From an uncultured delta proteobacterium (GTDB taxonomy: Bacteria; Myxococcota_A; Polyangia; Fen-1088): DNA of 64,000 bases. The number at the start of each line of letters is the position of its first letter. The first letter of the stretch is position 1. Below, in pieces: positions 9,798 through 20,198 of the stretch. The position numbers were made by a program, and so were the translations under genes. The stretch spans positions 2,176,001-2,240,000 of the forward strand of contig CAVYGB010000002.1 of assembly GCA_963767925.1 (NCBI GenBank), read 5' to 3'. A model generated the notes under the pieces. That model saw nothing but the letters and a program-made list of their open reading frames with translations, was not told the origin of the DNA and made no database searches.

Positions 9798-9817
9798 CCG
9801 GATTCCAGCTCTGAAAA

Positions 9818-9877
9818 CACCTCTCCCCGCGGTCTGCCGTGGGGAGAGGTCGGCGCGTCTGCGCGCCGGGTGAGGGG
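9818..9877 (+). repeat. REP-like palindromic element, copy 1
   Basis: cacctctccccgcgg...cgtggggagaggt hairpin plus a second hairpin and GGTGAGGGG; 58/60 identical to 16971-17030. Confidence 0.8.
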
Positions 9878-10081
9878 CTTCCGGCGTGGCAACCGCCCCC
9901 TGAGTAGGAGGTGCGCCGACCTTTGCCGGCGCAATCGCGGCGCGGCGGCGGGAAAAATCGGCATTTCTCGCGAGGGCGCTCTCGGGACGGGCGGCACCTA
10001 CCGATGAGCCTGGAATCCATTGGACACTTGGCCCTTCTCCGTCCAGGCAGCGGCGCGCGCATTGCGCGTCATCGGCTTACC

Positions 10082-10110
10082 TTGACGTGAGGTGTCTAAG
10101 TATCTAAAAT
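10082..10110 (+). promoter_or_regulatory. Sigma-70 promoter of the FHA gene
   Basis: TTGACG-N17-TAAAAT in an AT-rich patch directly before the ORF. Confidence 0.7.
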
Positions 10111-10120
10111 TTCAGCTTTT

Positions 10121-11101
10121 GTGAGCCTCCCCCGACTCCCCGACGAGCTGCCCACCGAGGCCGGCACTGCCCGGACGGACACAGTCATGTGGACGCTCCG
10201 CTTCATCTCCGGCAAATACCAGGGCGGCGAGTTTCCGCTGCGCCCCAACCGCGAGATCATCGTGGGGCGATCGTCCGACCTCGACATGGTCCTGGTCGAG
10301 GACATGGTGTCGCGCAAGCACGCCAAGATCACCACCGACGAGAAGGGGGTGTCGATCCAGGACATGGGGTCGACAAACGGCACCTTCGTCAACGGCGAGA
10401 AGGTCCGCAAGGTCGACCTGAAAGACGGCGACCGGATCCTCATCGGGACCTCGATCATCAAGCTCGTCGGCGTGACCGGCGAGGGCGTCGAGGCGCTGTC
10501 CGAGAAGGAAGCCCGCTCGAAGATGCAGGTGACGGCCAGCCACCGGCCCTCGCCCAAGTCGATGTCCGGCAACCTGGAGGAGATCCCGCTGCCGGACCTC
10601 CTGCAGCTCCTGTCGACAAGCCGCAAGTCGGGGGTGCTGGTGCTGCGCTCCGATTGGGGGGTGGGCCGGATCTTCTTCCGCAAGGGGCAGATCTACTTCT
10701 CCACCATCCAGGAGGGCATGGCGCAGGTGGCGCCCAAGAAGGCCCTGTTCCGGATGCTCGGGTGGAACCAGGGGGTGTTCGAGCTCGAGCCCCCCGACGA
10801 CCGCCCCGCCCTCGAGGAGATCTCCGACTCGATGGAGGCGCTCCTCATGGAGGGCATGCGCCAGCTCGACGAGTTCCGGGTCATCACCTCCGAGCTGCCG
10901 GCGGCCAACGCCCCCGTCTCGGTGGCGCGCCCGCTGGTGCCCCGCCTGCGCGACCTGCGCCCCGACGAGCTCGACGTGTTCCAGCTCGCCGTGTTCCCCA
11001 CCAGCGCCCAGGCGCTGATGGACCACAGCCGCCTGACCGATCTCGACACCGCCCGCTGCCTGCTGACCCTGCTCCAGCGCGGCTATCTCGTGGTCGGGTA
11101 G
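10121..11101 (+). CDS. FHA domain + DUF4388 protein
   Basis: IVGRS..D, VSRKHA, DMGSTNGTFVNG (FHA); MSGNLEEIPLPDLLQLL..SRKSGVL, LLMEGMRQLDE (DUF4388); start GTG 10121 or ATG 10187. Confidence 0.9.
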   Translation: MSLPRLPDELPTEAGTARTDTVMWTLRFISGKYQGGEFPLRPNREIIVGRSSDLDMVLVEDMVSRKHAKITTDEKGVSIQDMGSTNGTFVNGEKVRKVDLKDGDRILIGTSIIKLVGVTGEGVEALSEKEARSKMQVTASHRPSPKSMSGNLEEIPLPDLLQLLSTSRKSGVLVLRSDWGVGRIFFRKGQIYFSTIQEGMAQVAPKKALFRMLGWNQGVFELEPPDDRPALEEISDSMEALLMEGMRQLDEFRVITSELPAANAPVSVARPLVPRLRDLRPDELDVFQLAVFPTSAQALMDHSRLTDLDTARCLLTLLQRGYLVVG

Positions 11102-11147
11102 CCGGCCACCGCGCCGGCGCGGTCAGCGCCGCAGGCGCGCGCCCCGG

Positions 11148-11999
11148 TCAGAGCCGCAGGACCAGGCCCTCGGCCGCCGCCACCAGCACCAGGCCGTCGG
11201 CGCCGAGCTCCTGGACCTGCCGGCGGCCGCGGTCGAGGAGCTGATCGATGTCGTGGTCGCTGTAGTCCTGGTCGTAGTGGAACAGGGCCAGCCGGCGCAC
11301 GCGCGCCCGCAGGGCGGTGGTGATGGCCTGCTCGGACGAGGAGAGGCCCCGGTCGGGGTAGGCGGCGTGATCTTCGGGGGAGAAGGTGGCGTCGTGGATC
11401 AGGAGATCGGCGTCGGCGTAGAGGGCCAGCGCCTCGGGCGAGGGGCCCTCGGGGCCGTAGCCGGCGTCGCTGGCGTAGACCAGCACCTTGTCGCCGTCCT
11501 CGATGCGGAAGGCGAGGGCGCTGGTCAGGCCGTGGGGGTTGGCCTGGGTGCGCACGGTGGCCCCGCCCACCCTGAAGGTCTCTCCGGGCGGGGCGGCCTT
11601 CATCTCGATGCGGGCGCTGAGGTTCTTGATGGTCTGCACCGGGAAATACTGGGCGGCCATCTGCCGCTCGAGGACCTCCTCGAGCAGGCCGGGCGTCTGG
11701 GCCCCGCCGTGGACGACGAACTGGTTGCCGGGGGTGTAAAACGGGCCGAAGAAGGGGAAGCCCTGGATGTGGTCCCAGTGGGCGTGCGACAGCAGGAAGG
11801 AGGCGCGTCCCTGGCCGCGCCCGAACTCGCCGGCCAGCAGGGCCAGCCCCAGGTTGCGGGCCCCGGTGCCGCAGTCGAGGATGACGATCTCCCCGTCGGA
11901 CAGGCGGACCAGCACGCAGGCGGTGTTGCCGCCGTAGCGGACCGTGCTGGGGCCGGGCGCCGCGATCGATCCGCGCACGCCGAAGAAGGTGACCTCCAT
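11148..11999 (-). CDS. MBL-fold metallohydrolase (phosphodiesterase-like)
   Basis: FFGVRGS..PGP.T.RYGGNT, SHAHWDHIQGFPFF, LIHDA, LFHYD. Confidence 0.88.
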   Translation of the reverse strand: MEVTFFGVRGSIAAPGPSTVRYGGNTACVLVRLSDGEIVILDCGTGARNLGLALLAGEFGRGQGRASFLLSHAHWDHIQGFPFFGPFYTPGNQFVVHGGAQTPGLLEEVLERQMAAQYFPVQTIKNLSARIEMKAAPPGETFRVGGATVRTQANPHGLTSALAFRIEDGDKVLVYASDAGYGPEGPSPEALALYADADLLIHDATFSPEDHAAYPDRGLSSSEQAITTALRARVRRLALFHYDQDYSDHDIDQLLDRGRRQVQELGADGLVLVAAAEGLVLRL

Positions 12000-12979
12000 C
12001 AGGCCTTCCCGACCTTGGCCGGTAGCGGCGGCTTGCCGGCCTCGGCGGCGCGGCCGAGCGGCAGGTCGAGCCCCTCGTAGGCCGCCGTCACCCGCAAGTT
12101 GGCGTCCGCGCGGGCGGCCACCTCGCGGGCCTGGGCCAGCATGACGTCGATCTCGTCGTCGGACCGCTCGGGGGCGTGGTGGTAGAGAGCGAGGGCCCGG
12201 GCCCCCGCCTCGCGCGCGATCTCGATGGCGTCGCTGGGGCGCGAGTGCCCGAAGTGGGGCATGGCCCGGTAGTCCTCGGGCGTGAACATGGTGTCGTAGA
12301 TGACGAGGTCGGCCCCCTCACACAGCCCGACCACGGCGGCGCGCATCTCGCGCAGGGCCTCGCGGGCGGCGGGCGAGAGATCGCCCTCGGGGGGGCGGGC
12401 CACGAACTCCTCGCCGAACAGGATGTCGACGAAGGGGGCGGTGTCCGAGACGTAGGCCACCCGCGCGCCGTCGGCGACGACCGCGTAGGCGGTGGCGACG
12501 TAGGGGTGGTTCAGGCGGGTCGACTCGACCCGGGCGTCCTCGATCTCGAAGCGGGCGCCCTCGGGCAGCTCGCGAAACACGACCTCCGCCCGCACCTGGT
12601 TGAAGGGGACCGGGAAGTAGGGGGCGTCGTTCTGGCTGGTGAGCACCGAGCGCAGGTGGCCGCCGTTGCGCTCGCGGGCGTGGACCACGAGGCGGCTGCC
12701 CGCGCGGTACAGGGGTGCGAAGAAGGGCAGGCCCTGGATGTGATCCCAGTGGGTATGGCTGACCAGGATGTGGGTCTCGCTGGGGGCGGCGGTGGCGGCG
12801 GCGGCGTCGGGGCCAGTGATCTCCTTGCCCAGGCGGCGGATGCCGGTCCCGGCGTCGATCACGATGCGCGTGCCACTGTCGGTGACCACCTCGACGCACG
12901 AGGTGTTCCCGCCGTACCGTTCCGTGCGAGGACCTGGCACCGGCAGCGAACCCCGCACCCCGAAGAAGCGCACTCTCAT
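11999..12979 (-). CDS. MBL-fold metallohydrolase, paralog of the downstream gene
   Basis: MRVRFFGVRGS, RYGGNTSCV, SHTHWDHIQGLPFF, FGHS, LYHHAP. Confidence 0.88.
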   Translation of the reverse strand: MRVRFFGVRGSLPVPGPRTERYGGNTSCVEVVTDSGTRIVIDAGTGIRRLGKEITGPDAAAATAAPSETHILVSHTHWDHIQGLPFFAPLYRAGSRLVVHARERNGGHLRSVLTSQNDAPYFPVPFNQVRAEVVFRELPEGARFEIEDARVESTRLNHPYVATAYAVVADGARVAYVSDTAPFVDILFGEEFVARPPEGDLSPAAREALREMRAAVVGLCEGADLVIYDTMFTPEDYRAMPHFGHSRPSDAIEIAREAGARALALYHHAPERSDDEIDVMLAQAREVAARADANLRVTAAYEGLDLPLGRAAEAGKPPLPAKVGKA

Positions 12980-13102
12980 CGCGGACTCATGGTGGGGTGC
13001 CTCCCTGGGCCGGACCCGTACGAAGCCCCGTGCACCCGCACGGTGACGATCCCTGAACTTTAACATAGCCCGTGGCCACCCGTCAGGGCAGCCCCGCGGC
13101 TG

Positions 13103-13540
13103 CTACTTCAGGCCGAGCGCGCGGTTGAGCTCGTCGATCTTCTTGAAGTAGGTCTTGCGGTCGTAACGGACGTTGAGGATGTGAAATTCCTTCTTCGTCA
13201 GCCCGACACAACCGAAGCAGTAGGTGCACTCGCTGCAGGAGTAACACTCGACCAGATAGGCCGAGCCGCGGCAGCCCTCGCTGCGCGTGCAGTGGGTGCA
13301 GTCGTGGCAGCGCTGCGAGTCCTTGCAGTGCGAGCTGCCGGTGCAGCTCCGGCAACTCTCGCAGTGGGTGCAGCGGTAGCAGTCGTGGCAGGTCTTGCAG
13401 AAGGTGCAGCTCATGCATCCCTCGCAGCCCACGCAGTTGTAGCTGAGCGGGTTCTCCAGCCCCCCCCCGTACGACTGTCGCAGCCGATCGAGCTCGGCCA
13501 GGAAGTCCCCCCTCGTCATCAGGCCCGCCGCGTTGTCCAT
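13103..13540 (-). CDS. Small protein with period-3 (CxxC)n cysteine repeats
   Basis: CVGCEGCMSCTFCKTCHDCYRCTHC... ending CFGCVGL..KEFHILN. Confidence 0.8.
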   Translation of the reverse strand: MDNAAGLMTRGDFLAELDRLRQSYGGGLENPLSYNCVGCEGCMSCTFCKTCHDCYRCTHCESCRSCTGSSHCKDSQRCHDCTHCTRSEGCRGSAYLVECYSCSECTYCFGCVGLTKKEFHILNVRYDRKTYFKKIDELNRALGLK

Positions 13541-13586
13541 GAGGCCCCCCCAATTTACGCCAAGGACGGGTTAGATTTCAGTGTCC

Positions 13587-14276
13587 ATGTGTGGCCGCAT
13601 GACCCTGTCCCGCCGCGATCTCGACGAGGTCGCCGACGAGCTCGAGGCGGTGTACCTGCCGGGGATGGCGGCCAGCTACCGGCCGCGCTTCAACCTGGCC
13701 CCCACCGACGCCCACATGGTGCTCCGGCTGGAGGGCGGGGCGGGGGGCCGCCGCCTGCTAATGCCGGCCGTGTGGGGGCTGGGGCTGCCCGGGCGGGGAC
13801 CGCTGCTGATCAACGCCCGCGCCGAGACCGCGGCGGTGCTCGGCAGCTTCCGGGAGGCGTTCGCCCGGCGCCGGTGTGTGATACCCGCCGACGGGTTCTA
13901 CGAGTGGCAGGGGCAGGGTGAGACCCGGCGCCCGTTCTGGATCCACCCGCCCGGCGGAGGGCTGCTGCGGCTGGCGGGGCTGTACGACGAGGCGCCCGGC
14001 GGGGGGCTGCGGTTCACCGTCCTCACCACGGCCGCCAGCTCCGACGTGGCCGCACTGCACGACCGGATGCCGGTGCTGCTGTCGGACGAGGGGGTCGGCG
14101 CCTGGCTGCGGGACGGCGGCGGCGCGCTGCTGCGCCCGGCGCCCGGGGGGGCGCTGGTGGCCCTCGCCGTATCCCGTCGTGTGAACTCGGTAAAAAACGA
14201 CGATCCGGGGTGCCTGCTGCCCGAGGCGGAGGGGACCCATCCTGGAGACCGTCAGCTCCGCCTTTTTCCCCTATAA
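13587..14276 (+). CDS. SOS response-associated peptidase (SRAP/YedK/HMCES family)
   Basis: N-terminal [45 protein letters not shown]. Confidence 0.93.
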   Translation: MCGRMTLSRRDLDEVADELEAVYLPGMAASYRPRFNLAPTDAHMVLRLEGGAGGRRLLMPAVWGLGLPGRGPLLINARAETAAVLGSFREAFARRRCVIPADGFYEWQGQGETRRPFWIHPPGGGLLRLAGLYDEAPGGGLRFTVLTTAASSDVAALHDRMPVLLSDEGVGAWLRDGGGALLRPAPGGALVALAVSRRVNSVKNDDPGCLLPEAEGTHPGDRQLRLFPL

Positions 14277-14288
14277 TTCGCCGCTCTC

Positions 14289-16373
14289 ATGTCCGCCCCG
14301 GTCGAAGCCCGAGTCGCAAAGCAGCCCAAGCTCGCTCGCACCCGAAACATCGGGGTGGTCGCGCACATCGATGCGGGCAAGACCACCGTCAGCGAGCGGT
14401 TCCTGTTTTACGCCGGGCGCATCCACAAGATTGGGCGAGGTCCACGACGGCGAGGCCCAGATGGACTGGATGCCGCAGGAGCGCGAGCGCGGCATCACCA
14501 TCACGGCGGCCGCCACCACCATCGAGTGGAAGAACCACGAGCTGCACCTGATCGACACCCCCGGCCACGTCGACTTTACCATCGAGGTCGAGCGATCGCT
14601 GCGCGTGCTCGACGGGGCGGTGGTCGTGTTCTGCGGGGTCTCGGGGGTCGAGCCCCAGTCCGAGACGGTCTGGCGGCAGGCCGACAGCTTTCACGTGCCC
14701 CGGCTGGCCTTCATCAACAAGATGGACCGCGCGGGGGCCGACTTCGACTCGGTGGTCGAGGAGATCAGGACCCGCCTGGGCGCCCGCCCGGTGCCGATCC
14801 AGCTGCCCATCGGGGCGGAGGACCAGTTCCAGGGGGTGGTCGATCTGGTCGAGCAGAAGGCGCTCTACTTCACCGGCGAACGAGGACGAGCCCCCCGGGT
14901 GGACGCGGTCCCCTCGGCGATGGCGGCGGCGGTGGCGGCGGCGCACGAGCGCCTGGTCGAGGCGGCGGCCGACTTCGACGACGCCATCGCCGCGGCTTTC
15001 ATCGAGGGGCAGCCCATCGCCCCGGCGGCGCTGAAGGCGGCGCTGCGCAAGGGGACGGTGGCCTGCGCGATCGTGCCGGTGCTGGCGGGGGCGGCCCTGC
15101 GCAACAAGGGGGTGCAGCCGCTGCTCGATGCCGTGTGCGACTACCTGCCGTCGCCGCTCGAGGTGCCGCCGGTCAAGGGGGTGGTGCCCGGCACCGAGGA
15201 GGAGGTCACCCGCCCGCCCGAGGACAGCGCCCCCTTCTGCGCGCTGGCCTTCAAGGTGGCGATGGACGAGGGGCGCAAGAACGTCTACCTGCGGGTCTAC
15301 TCCGGGGTGCTCCGCCCCGGCGACGATATCCAGAACGCGCGCACCCGGCGCAACGAGAAGCTGGCCCGCCTGTTCTCGGTGCACGCCAACCGGCGCGAGC
15401 GGATCGAGCGGGCGGGGCCCGGGAGCATCGTGGTGGCGATGGGGCTCAAGGACGTCGGCACGGGCGACACGCTGTGCTCGCCCGAAGGCGCCGATCCTGC
15501 TCGAGCGGATCGTGGCCCAGGAGCCGGTGATCTCGCGGGCCATCGAGCCGAGCACCCAGGCCGACAAGGAGAAGCTCGACTTCGGGCTCGGCAAGCTGGC
15601 CGACGAGGACCCCACCTTCCGCCAGGGCGAAGACGCCGAGACCGGGCAGACCATCATCCGCGGCATGGGCGAGCTGCACCTCGACATCATGGTGGACCGC
15701 CTGAAGCGCGAATACGGCGTCGAGGCGAACGTGGGGCGGCCCCAGGTCGTCTACCGGGAGACGCTGGCCAAGGCGGGTGAGGGCGAGGCGCGGTTCGAGC
15801 GGACGCTCGACGACGAGAGTCTGTTCGGGCACGCGCGGGTGCGGGTGGCGCCGCGGCCCGCGGGGCGGCGGCAACGATCTGCGCATGGAGCTGGTGCGGG
15901 CGGAGCCGGTGCCGGGGGCGAAGGTTGTCGATGCGCCGCCGGCGATCCTCGAGGCGGCGATGGAGGGGGCGCGGGAGGCGATGCGGTCGGGGCCGCAGGG
16001 GTATCCCTTCGAGGACATCGAGGTGGTCATCACCGGGATCGAATACCGGCCGGATGCTTCGACGCCGGCGGGGCAGAAGGCTGCCGTGGGCGAGGCGTTG
16101 CGGCACGCGTCGCGCGATGCGGGGACGCGGCTGCTCGAGCCGATCATGCGGGTCGAGGTGACGGCGCCGGAGCAGCACGTGGGTGACGTGCTGGGCGATC
16201 TGAATGCGCGGCGGGCGCAGATCCAGGACGTCGGGTTCCGGGGCAACCTGCGGGTGATTCTGGCGAAGGTGCCGATGCGACGCATGTTCGGGTATTCGAC
16301 GGACTTGCGGTCGGCGACGCAGGGGCGGGCGAACTACTCGATGCAGTTCGATACCTACGACGCCTGGGAGTGA
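14289..16373 (+). CDS. fusA: Elongation factor G paralog, read across three +1 frameshifts (about 14433, 15482, 15858)
   Basis: [70 protein letters not shown] spread over four ORFs; each break is one extra base in a GGG or CCC run. Confidence 0.88.
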
Positions 16374-16386
16374 GCAGCGCCGTCTT

Positions 16387-16430
16387 GCGTGCGCGTTGCG
16401 TGCGTGCGTGCGTGAGTGAGTGCGTGCGTG
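16387..16430 (+). repeat. (GCGT)n simple-sequence repeat
   Basis: gcgtgcgcgttgcgtgcgtgcgtgcgtgagtgagtgcgtgcgtg. Confidence 0.7.
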
Positions 16431-16479
16431 GCGGGGACCCGGACGCGCGGGGCTGCGTGCGGTCGGCGGGGGCCGATCC

Positions 16480-16580
16480 GTGGGCTCGGCGGGGGTCGCT
16501 CCGTGCTTTTCGGCGGGGGGCGTGCTCGGTGCGGGGCGTGGGCTCGGTGAGGGGGACGCTCCGTGCTTTCCGGCGGGGGG
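16480..16580 (+). repeat. Two imperfect copies of a ~42-bp unit
   Basis: gtgggctcgg..ggggg(t/a)cgctccgtgcttt(t/c)cggcgggggg at about 16480 and 16538. Confidence 0.65.
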
Positions 16581-16583
16581 GGC

Positions 16584-16871
16584 GGGGGGAGGTGGGGATG
16601 GGTTTCCCGGGGGACGGCCCCTTTACGCGCGGTCGGGGGGAGACTCTCGGGGCCTGGTGGGGGGCTGGTGATGGGCGAGCGTGGGTGGCCTGGGGGACGG
16701 CCCCTTCACGCGCGGTCGGGGGGAGACTCGCGGGCCTGGTGGGGGGCTGGTGATGGGCGAGCGTGGGTGGCCTGGGGGAGCGCGCGGGGCCTCGACTCGC
16801 GCCTTGGCAACCGCCGCAGACGGCGGTGCAGGGGCTCCACGCCCCCGGGAAACCCATCCCCACCTCCCCCC
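16584..16871. repeat. MITE/REPIN-like element: perfect 30-bp inverted repeats enclosing an 83/82-bp tandem duplication
   Basis: GGGGGGAGGTGGGGATGGGTTTCCCGGGGG (16584-16613) is the exact reverse complement of 16842-16871; tandem units at 16609-16691 and 16692-16773. Confidence 0.75.
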
Positions 16872-16970
16872 ACCCCGTGAAGGCCTACATTTTCTCCGCT
16901 GCGCGGCGGGTGGAGAGCGATCAGATCCCGTTCAGGCGAGGTCACGTCTCCCGCGGGGCCCTGGGCCATT

Positions 16971-17030
16971 CACCTCTCCCCGCGGTCTGCCGTGGGGAGA
17001 GGTCGACGCGTCTGCGCGGCGGGTGAGGGG
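16971..17030 (+). repeat. REP-like palindromic element, copy 2
   Basis: Near-identical to 9818-9877. Confidence 0.8.
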
Positions 17031-17179
17031 GGGAGCAATAGGCAACTGCGGTCGTTGGCGGGAGGATGGGGAGGTTGTGGTGGGGGCCGTCGGGTGATCG
17101 GCCGACGTCGCAGCGGAGCTTCATCGTGCCGGCGCGTTCGAGGGTAGTCGGGAGCCTCTGGCCTTTGAAGGGCATGGCG

Positions 17180-17346
17180 AGGTTGAAGACTGCCGCGGGC
17201 GGCGATCACCCGCACCGCCCGCCAGCGGCAATACGCCCAGAGCGCGCCGTAGCGCCGGCAGATCGAGCAAGTGCAGGCGGTGAGGTGCCGCGGCACCCGG
17301 GCGACCTCGAGGCGGACGGCGCCGCAGTGGCAGAGGCGCGGATCAT
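17180..17346 (-). pseudogene. GFA (glutathione-dependent formaldehyde-activating) family fragment
   Basis: MIRAS (frameshift) CHCGAVRLEV...CTCSICRRYGALWAY; similarity is lost after about 50 codons. Confidence 0.65.
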
Positions 17347-17454
17347 CAAAACGTGGCCTCCCGGCACATCTTGTCGCCCTCGACGCGATGGGGACTACGC
17401 CAGATCGGCATCTCGGGGGCCGGTTCTGTGCGATGCTGGCTGAGCAGGCCAATC

Positions 17455-18645
17455 ATGCGGTGGTTCTCGTTCACGCTTCTCATCAGCGGCGGCGCGCTGC
17501 TCGGGCATCTCTATCTCTACCGGCGGCTGGTGCGGCCGTTGCGGCTGCGCCGGTCGATCCGCCTGGCCCTGGGCGCCTTGCTGCTCTTCATGACGGTGTT
17601 TCTGCTCTTCCGGGGGCCCGTGCGCGACCTCGGCCCCGCGGTGAAAAACGCCCATGACCTGGTGGCGTTTGGCTGGATGGCGCTCGCGCTGAGCTTCATC
17701 GTCGCCACCGCGCTGGGCGACGCCATCCGGCTCGGCGAGGCGCTGGCCAGCAGGCTCCGCCGCAGGCGGGCCGGGCCGCCGGCCGATCCGGCGACCGTGT
17801 CGGGCGAGATCGATCCGGGCCGGCGCGCGTTCGTGCGCTGCTTGCCGGTGTCGGTGCTCGCGGGCGGCGGCATCACGGCCGCGTACTCCAGCGGGCGCGC
17901 CTTCGGCCCGGCGGAGATCAGCGAGGTGCCGGTGCGCTTGCCGCGGCTGCCCCGCACGCTCGATGGGTTGACCATCGTCCAGCTCACGGACGTGCACGTG
18001 GGCCCGTACATCGGGCGGCGCTTCGTCGAGCGGCTCGTCGCCCAGGCGAACGCGCTGGCACCCGACCTGGTGGTCATCACCGGCGACCTGGTCGACGGCA
18101 ACGTCGCCACCCTCGGCCAGGCGGTCTCGGCCCTGGGCGGCCTGCACGCCCGCTTCGGGCGCTACTTCGTCACCGGCAACCACGAGTACTACTCCGGCGT
18201 GACGCCCTGGACGCAGTTCCTGGAACAGATCGGCATCCCGGTCTTGCGCAATCGCCACCTGCCGATCGGAGACGGCGGCGGCACGTTCGATCTCGTCGGG
18301 GTCGACGACTGGAGCGGCGCCCGCCGGCGCGGCGGCCAGGGCTACGACCTGAAAGCGGCGCTGCGCGGCCGGGATAGCGATCGCGCCGCGGTCCTGCTCG
18401 CGCATCAGCCGCGCAACTTCGAGGCCGCGGCCCCGGGCGGCATCGGCCTGCAGATCTCCGGTCACACCCACGGCGGCCAGGTCTTCCCCATGACGATGCT
18501 CGTCGGCCTGGACTTCCCCTACACCCGAGGCCTGTACCGCCACCAGGACAGCCACCTCTACGTCAGCCGCGGCTGCGGCTTCTGGGGCCCCCCCTCCCGC
18601 CTGGGCAGCCCGCCCGAGATCGCCAAGCTGGTGTTGACCGTCTGA
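17455..18645 (+). CDS. Membrane-anchored metallophosphoesterase (YkuE/YaeI-like)
   Basis: N-terminal TM helices; QLTDVH, ITGDLVD, VTGNHEYY, LLAHQP, SGHTHGGQ, YVSRGCG. Confidence 0.92.
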   Translation: MRWFSFTLLISGGALLGHLYLYRRLVRPLRLRRSIRLALGALLLFMTVFLLFRGPVRDLGPAVKNAHDLVAFGWMALALSFIVATALGDAIRLGEALASRLRRRRAGPPADPATVSGEIDPGRRAFVRCLPVSVLAGGGITAAYSSGRAFGPAEISEVPVRLPRLPRTLDGLTIVQLTDVHVGPYIGRRFVERLVAQANALAPDLVVITGDLVDGNVATLGQAVSALGGLHARFGRYFVTGNHEYYSGVTPWTQFLEQIGIPVLRNRHLPIGDGGGTFDLVGVDDWSGARRRGGQGYDLKAALRGRDSDRAAVLLAHQPRNFEAAAPGGIGLQISGHTHGGQVFPMTMLVGLDFPYTRGLYRHQDSHLYVSRGCGFWGPPSRLGSPPEIAKLVLTV

Positions 18646-18871
18646 ACGTTGGTGGTGGTTCGAGTCCGACCAGTGCTCTGGGTTGGTAGCGGGCGGCGCC
18701 GACGGAAGGTACGCGGAGCTCGCTCCGCCCACCGGCCACATCCCCGGCAGAGCGAGGCGCTACCCCGTCTCCGAACGCCGGCGGGCGTCGACGAGCAGGT
18801 CGTCGCGCCGCTGGTACGTCGCGGCAGGGAGGCTCAAACATCGGGGCCTTCTTGCCGATGATGAGCAGCGC

Positions 18872-20062
18872 ATGCTCGTGGCGCGCGCATCCTCCACCCC
18901 GACGGACGCGGCGGCCAACGGGCGGTCGGTGCTGCTGGTGGACGACGGCCCGCAGAACCGGGTGCTGTTCCAGGCCATCCTCGAGTTTGCCGGGTATCGG
19001 GTGCTGGTGGCCGAGGAGGGCGCCGCGGCGCTCGAGCTGCTGGCGCGCGAGCCGGTCGACCTGATGGTGCTCGACTACATGATGCCGGGAATGGACGGGG
19101 CGGAGGTGGCTCGGCGCGTTCGGCTCGACCCCGAGCGCAGCGACCTGCCAATCGTCATGTTGACCGCGTCGCACGAGGAGAACCACATCGAGGCCGCCTT
19201 CGCAGCCGGGGCCAACGACTACCTCACCAAGCCGGTCGACCGGCGCATCCTGCTGGCCCGGGTGGCGTCCATGATCAAGGCGGCCGACGATGGCCGCCAG
19301 GCCCAGCAGGTGGTGGTGCTCGAGGGGGAGCGCCGCACCCTGCTCACCGAGATCGAGGAGGCCGCGCGCATCCAGCAGGGGCGCTTGCCGCGGCTGCCGA
19401 TCACCTCGGGGGGCTGGACGCTCGCCGGGGCGCTGGTCCCCTGCCGGCACGTCGGCGGCGACCTGCTCGACGTGATCGTGGATGGGGAGGGGGGCCTGGT
19501 GCTGGTGCTGCTCGACGTCTCGGGGCACGGGCTGGGCGCCGCCCTGGTGGCGGCGTCCATCAGCGCCCAGGTGCGCGAGCTGGTCGCCCGGCACCCGGTG
19601 GACGAGACCGTCTACCAGCTCAACAACCTGCTGTGCCGGGAGAGCGACGACAAATACGCCTGCGTGGCCGTGCTCTCGCTGCAGGAGCGGCGCGCGGTGG
19701 TAGTGAACGCCGGCCTGCCCCCGGTCTGCCTGATCCGCGGCGGCGCCTGCATCGCGCGCTTCGACCGCGCCGGCTTCCCGCCCGGGCTGGCCGCCGACAC
19801 GCGCTACGATGCCCAGACCTGCGACATCCAGCCTGGCGACCGCCTGGTGCTGATGAGCGACGGCCTCACCGAGCCCTTCGGCCACGCGACCTCGGTCGAC
19901 CCCGTCCTGCACCACCTCGGCTTGCTGTCCCCCGACCTGCACCTCGACGGGCTGAGCCCCACCGTCCTCGGCGACCGCATGATGGCCCTCCTCCGCGAGG
20001 GCCACCCCGTCGATGTCGACGACGTCACCCTCCTGGTCGCCGAGCGCCTCCCCGCCCACTGA
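18872..20062 (+). CDS. Response regulator receiver + SpoIIE/PP2C phosphatase
   Basis: VLLVDD, LDYMMPGMDG, YLTKP; VGGDLLD, DVSGHG, VNAG, MSDGLTE, DDVTLL. Confidence 0.92.
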   Translation: MLVARASSTPTDAAANGRSVLLVDDGPQNRVLFQAILEFAGYRVLVAEEGAAALELLAREPVDLMVLDYMMPGMDGAEVARRVRLDPERSDLPIVMLTASHEENHIEAAFAAGANDYLTKPVDRRILLARVASMIKAADDGRQAQQVVVLEGERRTLLTEIEEAARIQQGRLPRLPITSGGWTLAGALVPCRHVGGDLLDVIVDGEGGLVLVLLDVSGHGLGAALVAASISAQVRELVARHPVDETVYQLNNLLCRESDDKYACVAVLSLQERRAVVVNAGLPPVCLIRGGACIARFDRAGFPPGLAADTRYDAQTCDIQPGDRLVLMSDGLTEPFGHATSVDPVLHHLGLLSPDLHLDGLSPTVLGDRMMALLREGHPVDVDDVTLLVAERLPAH

Positions 20063-20198
20063 CCAGACCCCCGGGACGGCCCGCCAGCGCGCGCCGGGTG
20101 GGGGCGACCTCACGCTCGCGGGCCGATCTTTTCCACCGGCGGCTTTGCGGTCGACCGCCAGGGTGACGCGGGCAGCCGGGCGCGGCATACTCCGGCGC

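Noticed and set aside
14289..16373. Programmed frameshifting in EF-G
   Set aside because: Three separate single-base gains in short homopolymers without slippery heptamers; sequencing error is simpler
16609..16773. 83/82-bp repeats as a CRISPR array
   Set aside because: Only two head-to-tail units with no spacer
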